Made by a program: the position numbers and the translations under genes. DNA of 63,926 nt, counting the filler, from an uncultured bacterium (GTDB taxonomy: Bacteria; CAYJRR01): the NCBI GenBank assembly GCA_964372275.1. It is 3 parts of 3 records of this genome, joined end to end, with 100 filler letters (N's around TTAATTAATTAA, not from the genome) between each part and the next. Parts side by side here need not be neighbours in the genome. Positions count along the whole stretch, not along the records: positions 53,021 to 63,926 come from CAYJRR010000147.1; 2 more parts are not named here. One strand, given 5' to 3'. How positions within the stretch are numbered: position 1 is the stretch's first letter; every line of letters starts with the position of its first letter. This document shows, one piece after another, positions 57,234 through 63,926 of this stretch. Under the pieces are notes generated by a model. The model saw nothing but the letters and a program-made list of their open reading frames with translations. It did not search any database and had not been told where the DNA came from.

Positions 57234-58475
57234 TCAAGCGGCCCGGAGGGCGTCGACCGGCTCGAGGCGGGAGGCGAGCCAGGCCGGGTAGAGGCCGAAA
57301 CCGATTCCGGTCGCCAGCGCGAAGAAGGCGGCGAGCGACGCGCCGCCGACCGAGACGGCGAGCCCGAAGGGGAACTGCGACGAGAGGAGCTTCACCGCCG
57401 CCACCGCCAGCAACGTCCCCACCACCGCGCCGATGCCGGTCAGGGTCGACGACTCGATCAGGAACTGCACCATCACCTCGCCGTCGCGGGCGCCGACCGC
57501 CTTGCGGATCCCGATCTCGAACAGCCGCTCGTTCACCGCGATCAACATCAACGACAGGATCCCGATCCCGCCGACGAGCAGCGCCGTCCCGGCGATCGAA
57601 CCCAGCACGATGTTGAAGTTGAGGAGCATCTTGTCGATCTCCTCCCGCTCGCGGAGCATCTGCTCGTCGACGTTCTCCACTTCGAAATCGGGAACATTGC
57701 GGTGTCGATTCGACAGCAGGTTCTCCGCACGAGAGACGATCGCCCCCATCGTCCCCTTCCGCTTCGCCTTGATCGCCATGGTGACGACCGGGCGCGGGCC
57801 CACCAGGTACTGGCGCGCGGTGGAGATCGGAACGTAGACGGTGCTGGCGCCGAAGAAGCCGCCTCCGGGACCGCCGTGCATTCCGGGCGGGAGGTCGGGC
57901 TTGGCGAGCACCCCGACGACCCGGAAGCGCAGACCCTCGATCGGAAGCTCCTTCCCCACCGCCTCCTCGTTCGGGAACAGGTCGCGCGCCACCTCGTAGC
58001 CGAGCACGGCGACCGGGTTGCTGCCTTCGACGTCGGCCGGGACGAGGAGCCGCCCGCGGTCGACGTCGAAGTTCCGGACGTCGAAGTAGGTCTCGTTCAC
58101 CGCCTCGATCTGCACCCAGGATCGCGTCGTCCCCCGCACCACCTCGCGCATCGTCGTCGCGTTCGGCGAGACGAGCGCCTCCTCCCCGAGGAGGTGGGCT
58201 ACCGCCTCGGCGTCCTCCACCGAGAGCCCGCGCGAGGCGCGATTCCAGGCGGTCCGCTCGTCGCGCTCGAGCCCGCGCGGCGTGATGAAGGCGCTCCCGT
58301 CGAGGCCGATCGTCTCGAACACCCCGGAGATGGCGTTTCGTACCCCCTGCACGATCGAGAACATGGCGTTGATCGAAAACGTCCCGAGGACGATCCCAGT
58401 CAGCGTCAGCGCGGAGCGGAGCTTGTGTCCCCAGATCTCCGAGAGCCCTCCGCGCAGGTTTTCACCGAAGACCAC
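57234..58475 (-). CDS. MacB/FtsX-like ABC permease
   Basis: [62 protein letters not shown]. Confidence 0.95.
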   Translation of the reverse strand: MVFGENLRGGLSEIWGHKLRSALTLTGIVLGTFSINAMFSIVQGVRNAISGVFETIGLDGSAFITPRGLERDERTAWNRASRGLSVEDAEAVAHLLGEEALVSPNATTMREVVRGTTRSWVQIEAVNETYFDVRNFDVDRGRLLVPADVEGSNPVAVLGYEVARDLFPNEEAVGKELPIEGLRFRVVGVLAKPDLPPGMHGGPGGGFFGASTVYVPISTARQYLVGPRPVVTMAIKAKRKGTMGAIVSRAENLLSNRHRNVPDFEVENVDEQMLREREEIDKMLLNFNIVLGSIAGTALLVGGIGILSLMLIAVNERLFEIGIRKAVGARDGEVMVQFLIESSTLTGIGAVVGTLLAVAAVKLLSSQFPFGLAVSVGGASLAAFFALATGIGFGLYPAWLASRLEPVDALRAA

Positions 58476-58484
58476 GCGCCGTTC

Positions 58485-59762
58485 CTATTCGTAGCGGAGC
58501 GCCACCACCGGATCGAGCCGCGCCGCGCGGATCGCCGGGTAGACGCCGAAGACCAGCCCCACCGTCATCGAGACCCCGACCCCGAGGGCCATCACCCACG
58601 GCGAAAGGGTCAGCTTCTGCTCCATCATGCGGCTCACGATCCCGGCCACCCCCGAGCCGAGGAGCGCCCCGCCGGCGCCGCCGAGTCCCGCCACGATCAC
58701 GCTCTCGGTAAGGAACTGGAGGAAGATCTCCGAGTTCCGCGCCCCGACCGCCTTGCGGATCCCCACCTCACGGATGCGCTGCGTGAGCGAGGCGAGGAGG
58801 ATGTTCATCACCACGATCCCGCCGACGAGGAGGCTGATCGCGCCGGCCCCGCCGATTGCAGCCTCGTACATCACCCCCCGCTCCTCCCACTCGGCGAGCC
58901 GCTCGGCGCGGTCGAGGATGGCGTAGTTGCGCACTCCGCGGTGACGCTTGACCAGCGCGTCGTCGAGCGCGCGCTTCACCGGCTTGACCGACTCCAGGTC
59001 GGGGGCGCGCACCGCGATCGACCCCACGTCGCGCCCGCCGACCTCGCGCGCGAGCATCGCGGTGAGCGGCACGTAGGCCAGCTCGTTCATCCAGGCGAGC
59101 CAGTTGTTCTGGTCCTCGGAGCGCTTGTAGACCTTCTCCTTCAGCACGCCGACCACCCGGTAGCGACGGTGGGCGCGTGCCGGGGGCGCGCCGGCCCCCG
59201 CCCGCTCGCCGCCGGGGGCGCGCAGCGTGACGTCGCGGCCGAGAGCATTGCCGTTGCCGAACAGCGTCTCCTTCAAGCCAGAGCCGAGGACGATCACCGG
59301 CTCGCTCCCCTCGAGGTCGGAGGCCGACAGGAACCGCCCCTCCGCGACCGACAACAGCTTCATCGCCGCGTGCTCGGCCGTCACCCCCCAGACCCGGGCT
59401 TCGTCCCGCCCTTCCGGCGTGGTCAGCTCGCGGTTCACCACCCGCGTGGCGGTCACGACCGCTCCGAGCGGTTCCACCGCGGCGCGGACGGCCTCGACGT
59501 CCTCCAGTACGACGCCGAACGGGAGCTGCTCGCGCGCGAACATCCGCACCCGCCCCCCTTCGTCCTTGCGCACCTCGAGGGTGGTGACCCCGCCGGTCGC
59601 CTGCATGAACTCGCGGTCCTCCTCGCGCCCGCCGATCAGGAGGGCGATCGTCACGATCACCGACGCCGAGCCGAGGAGGATCCCGAGCGTCTGCAGGACG
59701 GTGCGGGTCTTGTAGGCCCACATGTCGAGCAGCCCGTCGCGGATCGGCTCCAGGACGATCAC
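58485..59762 (-). CDS. MacB/FtsX-like ABC permease (second)
   Basis: [60 protein letters not shown]. Confidence 0.95.
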   Translation of the reverse strand: MIVLEPIRDGLLDMWAYKTRTVLQTLGILLGSASVIVTIALLIGGREEDREFMQATGGVTTLEVRKDEGGRVRMFAREQLPFGVVLEDVEAVRAAVEPLGAVVTATRVVNRELTTPEGRDEARVWGVTAEHAAMKLLSVAEGRFLSASDLEGSEPVIVLGSGLKETLFGNGNALGRDVTLRAPGGERAGAGAPPARAHRRYRVVGVLKEKVYKRSEDQNNWLAWMNELAYVPLTAMLAREVGGRDVGSIAVRAPDLESVKPVKRALDDALVKRHRGVRNYAILDRAERLAEWEERGVMYEAAIGGAGAISLLVGGIVVMNILLASLTQRIREVGIRKAVGARNSEIFLQFLTESVIVAGLGGAGGALLGSGVAGIVSRMMEQKLTLSPWVMALGVGVSMTVGLVFGVYPAIRAARLDPVVALRYE

Positions 59763-60463
59763 GCCGGACCCGCGCCGACGGCCTCGCGGCGCGGCTCCTC
59801 GGAGATGCGTCCGTCGACGACGCGGATGGTGCGGCGGGCGTGGGCGGCGATGTCGGCCTCGTGCGTGACGAGCAGGACGGTGTGCCCTTCGGCGTTGAGC
59901 TCGTCGAAGAGAAGCATCACGTCCTCCCCCGACTTGGAGTCGAGGTTGCCGGTCGGCTCGTCCGCCAGGAGCAGGCTGGGCCGGTTGACGAGCGCCCGCG
60001 CGATGGCGACCCGCTGCCGCTGGCCGCCCGACAGCTCCGCCGGCCGGTGGCGCGCGCGGTCGGTGAGCCCCACCCGCTCCAGGGCCGCCTCGGCGCGCGC
60101 GCGCCGATCCTTGGAGGAGAGGCCCGCGTAGAGCATCGGAAGCTCGACGTTGCGCAGCACGTTGGCGCGCGGCAGCAGGTTGAACGACTGGAAGACGAAA
60201 CCGATCTCGCGGCCGCGCACCCGGGCGAGCTCCCCCTTCCGCATGGTGGTGACGTCCTGCCCGTTGAGGCGGAAGCGGCCGGTGGTCGGCTTGTCGAGCA
60301 GCCCGAGGATGTGCATCAGGGTGCTCTTCCCCGATCCGGAGGGGCCCATGATCGCCACGTACTCGCCGCGGTCGATGGAGAGCGTGACGCCGCGCAGCGC
60401 CTCCACCTGGATCTTCCCCAGGCGGTAGACCTTGGTGACGTCCGTCGTTTCGATCAGCGCCAT
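59759..60463 (-). CDS. ABC transporter ATP-binding protein (MacB/LolD-like)
   Basis: [47 protein letters not shown]. Confidence 0.96.
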   Translation of the reverse strand: MALIETTDVTKVYRLGKIQVEALRGVTLSIDRGEYVAIMGPSGSGKSTLMHILGLLDKPTTGRFRLNGQDVTTMRKGELARVRGREIGFVFQSFNLLPRANVLRNVELPMLYAGLSSKDRRARAEAALERVGLTDRARHRPAELSGGQRQRVAIARALVNRPSLLLADEPTGNLDSKSGEDVMLLFDELNAEGHTVLLVTHEADIAAHARRTIRVVDGRISEEPRREAVGAGPA

Positions 60464-60507
60464 CGTTTCGCCCGTCGGGCTCTCCTCGGGGACTCCCCGC
60501 ACGCCCG

Positions 60508-61710
60508 CTACCGCCTGCGCCGCCGCCGCTGCTGGCGGTCGTCTTCCTTCTGCTCGTCGAGGAACGCCTGCGGGCTTTCCAGGGCGATGTCGGCCCCGAC
60601 GTCGAGTCCCGACGGGATCTCGACCCACTCCAGCGACACCAGCCCCGGCTTCACCGGGAAGCGGTCGGGCGCTCCGTCCTGGATGCGCCAGACGACGTCC
60701 TCCCCCTTGTCCTTGAACAGCGCCTGGACCGGAATCCGCACCACGTCCTTCTTCTCGTCGCCGCGGATGTCGACGTTGGCCGTCATCCCCGGACGCAGCG
60801 GCCCGGCGTCCCCCTTGAAGCGGATCTCGACGTCGAACCCGCGCACCTCCCCCTGCTGGCGCGCCGACGGCGAAATCGTCGCCACCTCCCCTTCGAACTC
60901 GCGGCCCCGGAAGGCGTCGACGGTGATCTTCACCGGCAATCCGACGGAGATCTTCCCCAGGTCGATCTCGTTGATGAAGGCGTCGACCTTGAGCGCCGCG
61001 GCGTCGGCCAGGTCGAACAGCACCGTGCCGGCGTTGAAGCCGGAGACGCCGCTGGTGACGACGTCGCCGATCTCCACCTTCTTCTCCAGCACCGTCCCCG
61101 CGGACGGGGCGACGACGTTGAAGGTCCGCAGTCCCGAGGCGGCGCTCCCCATCGGGACGCCGGCCTGGGCAAGCGCCGAGCGCTGGGAGACGGCAGAGGC
61201 GTGGTGGATTTCCGCCTCGCGCAGCCGCTTCTCCGCCGCCTTCACCTGGTCGGCGGAGGCGAACCCCTTCCCCGACAGGGCCATCGCGTTCTCGTAGTCG
61301 ACCTTCGCGTCCTTGAGCTCGAGCGCCGCCGTCTCGACGCCGCTGGCGATCGCCGACAGCTCCCGCAACTGGTCGACCCCCGGCTCGAGCTGCGCCAGCG
61401 GCTGGCCGGCGCGCACCGCGTCCCCCTCTTTCACCAGCAACCGGACGACGCGTCCCGACAGGACGCTCTTCACGGCAACGCTCGTCACCGGCGCCAGCGT
61501 CCCGACTTCGGGAAGGACGACGGCGACGTCCCCTTTTTCGACCTTGCCGGTCTTGAGGTCCTTGTACTCCCCCTTCGCCACGCCGGCCGGCTTGTGGGCG
61601 GCGCCCGGCCCTTCGGCGGCGTGCGCGTCCTTCTCGCCGCCGCCGTGGCACCCGGCGGCGAGGAGAAGGACCGCGAAGAAGGGGATCGGGGCGCGTCTAC
61701 TCGGTCTCAA
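60508..61710 (-). CDS. Periplasmic adaptor (MacA-like membrane fusion protein), lipoprotein
   Basis: TTG start after GGGGAG; lipobox [42 protein letters not shown]. Confidence 0.92.
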   Translation of the reverse strand: MRPSRRAPIPFFAVLLLAAGCHGGGEKDAHAAEGPGAAHKPAGVAKGEYKDLKTGKVEKGDVAVVLPEVGTLAPVTSVAVKSVLSGRVVRLLVKEGDAVRAGQPLAQLEPGVDQLRELSAIASGVETAALELKDAKVDYENAMALSGKGFASADQVKAAEKRLREAEIHHASAVSQRSALAQAGVPMGSAASGLRTFNVVAPSAGTVLEKKVEIGDVVTSGVSGFNAGTVLFDLADAAALKVDAFINEIDLGKISVGLPVKITVDAFRGREFEGEVATISPSARQQGEVRGFDVEIRFKGDAGPLRPGMTANVDIRGDEKKDVVRIPVQALFKDKGEDVVWRIQDGAPDRFPVKPGLVSLEWVEIPSGLDVGADIALESPQAFLDEQKEDDRQQRRRRRR

Positions 61711-63043
61711 GCGGCTCCCCCATCTCGTAGCGGAGGTTCCAGTTCGCGATCCGGTGCCCGACGTCGGCCTTGGCGGCGTCGAGCTCCGCCTCGGCCAGCG
61801 CGACCTCGGCGTCGATCCGTTCGGTCTGCGTGGCGACGCCGAGGCGGTAGCGTTCCGCCGTCGACTCGTAGTTGCGGCGGGCCGCCTGCCGGCTCTTGTC
61901 CAGCGCGGCCATGAGCTCGGCGGCGCGGTCGACGTCGAGCAGCGCCCGCTCCAGGTCGAGGGAGATCGCCACCTTGGTCTGGTCGGCGGCGATCTCCGCG
62001 GCCCGCACCTCGGCCCGGGCGCCCTTGGCGCGGTAGGCGTTGGTGAACAGGTCGGAGAACTGCACGTCGAGGCGCCCCCCGTAGCTGGTCGAGCGGTCGA
62101 AGGCGTCGAAGCGGGAGGCGTCGAGGACGCGGTTGTAGCGGGCGTAGAGCGAGAGGGTCGGCAGGAACCGCCGGTCGACGCGGGCGCGGTCGACACGGAC
62201 CGCCGCGGCGTCGACCTCCGCGGCCCGGAGGTCGGCGCGGCGGGCGAGCGCGGAACGGACCAGCTCGTCCGCCGCTCGACCGGCGCGCGGATCGACCGGC
62301 GGAGGGGGGGATGCGATGGCGAAGTCGGCGGGCAGCTCGTGGCCGATCACCTGCATCAGCGTGGAGCGTGCGACGCGCGCGCCGTTCGACGCCTCGACCC
62401 GGGACGCTTCGCTCGCGGCGACCCCCGCCTCGGCGCGGATCAGTTCGTAGTCGGCCCGCTTTCCCGCCGCGATCAGGGCCCGCGATTCGTTCCGGTGCTG
62501 TTCGCGCCGGAGGAGGTCCTGCCGCGCGAGGTGCAGGACGGCGTCCGCCTCCACCACGCGCAGGTAGGCGCGGGCGACGTCTCGGACCACCTGCCGGCGC
62601 GCCGTCTCGTTCGCCGCAGACGAGCGGGCGAGCCCGAGCGTCGCCGCCTTCAGGTCGAGCCGGCGCGTGGACGAGAGGAGCACGTAGCTCGCGGTCAGGT
62701 CGGCGTCGAACGCCTCCCCGGAAAGCTCCTCGTCGTCGATCCCGGCGCCGTAGACGTAATCGGGATTGAGCATCCGCTGGTAGGCGTTGCCGGCGACCGA
62801 CGCCGACAGATCGGGCAGGAACGCCGTCCGGGCCTCCCCGACGCGCGCGCGCGCGGCCGCCTCCCGCTCGCTCGCGATCCGTGCCGGAAAGGCGTGCCGA
62901 AGCGCCAACGCGATCGCGTCGCGCAGTTCGACCGTCACCGGCGGACTCGTCGAGGTCGCGGAGTCGGCGGCGGACGACGGAGGCGCGGCGAGCGCGAGGG
63001 CCGCCCATGTCACCAGCCACGCGACCTCGCCCACCCGAATCAC
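61697..63043 (-). CDS. TolC family outer-membrane efflux protein
   Basis: VELRDAIALAL, FLPDLS, VARAYL, ALARRADL, FLPTLSL, RYRLGVATQTE. Start uncertain (63043 or 63106). Confidence 0.92.
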   Translation of the reverse strand: MIRVGEVAWLVTWAALALAAPPSSAADSATSTSPPVTVELRDAIALALRHAFPARIASEREAAARARVGEARTAFLPDLSASVAGNAYQRMLNPDYVYGAGIDDEELSGEAFDADLTASYVLLSSTRRLDLKAATLGLARSSAANETARRQVVRDVARAYLRVVEADAVLHLARQDLLRREQHRNESRALIAAGKRADYELIRAEAGVAASEASRVEASNGARVARSTLMQVIGHELPADFAIASPPPPVDPRAGRAADELVRSALARRADLRAAEVDAAAVRVDRARVDRRFLPTLSLYARYNRVLDASRFDAFDRSTSYGGRLDVQFSDLFTNAYRAKGARAEVRAAEIAADQTKVAISLDLERALLDVDRAAELMAALDKSRQAARRNYESTAERYRLGVATQTERIDAEVALAEAELDAAKADVGHRIANWNLRYEMGEPLETE

Positions 63044-63217
63044 GGAGTCCCTTTCGTCCGGCAATCCGCCGACGGCTCGAAACGCGGAAGGCTCCATACG
63101 CCTCATCCCGGACGAATATTCCAGTGGAAATCGAAGGCGCGCCGGAGCGATCGGAATTTACCTTCCGCCGCAAACACCTGCTTGAGCGCGGCGCGCGCCC
63201 CGGTAAACTTTCGTGCC

Positions 63218-63926
63218 ATGTTCGATCGACGGTCGTGCCGGGTCGCCGTCGTCGCGTTCGTGCTCGGAGCGGCCGTCGCCGGGAGCCGTCCGGTGAGCCG
63301 TGCGGAGACGACCCACGCGCCCTCCGCGTCGCGTCCACGACCGCGCCTCACTGCGCGGGAGATCGCCAAAGCCGCCGTTCGAACCACGGCGTCGATCCGG
63401 GGCGAGGGGGTCTACGGCGCGGGGATCGTCGTCGACACTTCGGGCCTCGTCCTCACCAACTACCACGTGATCCAGGGGGTCGAACGGATCCGGGTGCAGT
63501 TCGTCGACACCGCCGAGGTGCCGGCGAAGGTGATCGAGGTCGACAAGGACCTCGACCTCGCGCTCCTGCGGGTGGACACCACGCGCCCGGTCGCCGCCGT
63601 CCCCGGCAACGTTCTCGACGTGGAGGTCGGCGACGACGTGTTGGCGGTCGGCTGCCCGCGCAAGATGAACTTCAGCGTCAGCCGCGGGATGGTCTCCTAC
63701 GTCGGGCGGCGGATCGACGGCCGCTACTACCTGCAGAGCGATCTCCCGACCAACGACGGGAACTCCGGCGGACCGGTGGTCAACGATCGCGGGGAGGTGG
63801 TGGCGGTGATGACCTTCATCCTCCGCGACAGCCAGGGTCTGGCGTTCGCCGTCCCGATCGCCTACGCCTACGAGCGGTTCGCCGAATGGATTCGCGACGA
63901 GCGCGTCGACCTCGCCCGGTTCCAGC
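63218..63926 (+). CDS. Trypsin-like serine protease (S1C/HtrA-like), runs off the window end
   Basis: Manual translation: signal peptide; GAGIVV...VLTNYHV, DLALL, LQSD...NDGNSGGP. Confidence 0.92.
   Translation, partial: MFDRRSCRVAVVAFVLGAAVAGSRPVSRAETTHAPSASRPRPRLTAREIAKAAVRTTASIRGEGVYGAGIVVDTSGLVLTNYHVIQGVERIRVQFVDTAEVPAKVIEVDKDLDLALLRVDTTRPVAAVPGNVLDVEVGDDVLAVGCPRKMNFSVSRGMVSYVGRRIDGRYYLQSDLPTNDGNSGGPVVNDRGEVVAVMTFILRDSQGLAFAVPIAYAYERFAEWIRDERVDLARFQ

Noticed and set aside
14069..60131. Very long Arg/Pro/Ala-rich ORFs in the track (e.g. 14069-17701, 27967-31125, 35603-38620, 56328-60131)
   Set aside because: They are shadow or antisense frames of well-supported genes, expected in high-GC DNA, and carry no motifs.
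63203..63218. Sigma-54 promoter for the tolC operon (minus strand TGGCACGAAAGTTTAC)
   Set aside because: The -24 box is perfect but the essential -12 GC is missing (TTTA), and the same bases fit a plus-strand -10 box for the protease.

Overview
High-GC bacterial sequence, most consistent with an uncultured Myxococcota/Deltaproteobacteria genome bin (inferred from a TIGR02266-type PilZ domain, a CarD/CdnL gene and a MYXO-CTERM-like tail). It is not one continuous locus. Three contigs are joined by 100-bp N/TTAATTAATTAA/N linkers (26426-26525 and 52921-53020), contig 1 ends in Illumina adapter sequence, and two 10-N gaps (40385, 55567) show local misassembly. Contig 1 carries core genes (uvrB, cysS, ispDF, carD, uppS-cdsA-dxr-rseP-tsaB, psd-pssA-usg/asd-truA, rplM-rpsI) interleaved with accessory genes. 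Contig 2 carries an FG-GAP repeat lipoprotein, a SahR-like regulator with metH, an adenylate cyclase, NAD-linked formate dehydrogenase, TerC, RecQ, a Na/Ca antiporter, an MBL hydrolase, prolyl oligopeptidase, two FadL-like barrels and a site-2 protease. Contig 3 carries a DCC oxidoreductase, a GGDEF protein, tRNA-Leu(CAA), a baeRF-like protein, a MacAB-TolC-type exporter and a trypsin-like protease. No CRISPR array, rRNA, integrase or transposase was recognised, and I did not find one unambiguous novel multi-gene system. The best leads are: an Insig-like membrane protein next to a secreted lipase-like gene; a ~700-bp cassette bounded by 41-bp direct repeats that duplicate the stop codons of two convergent genes; a set of sigma-54 promoters driving nearly leaderless accessory genes; a sorting-tail surface protein paired with a beta-barrel; and a site-2 protease/tandem FadL cluster. 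All family assignments are by eye and from memory; no database search was run.
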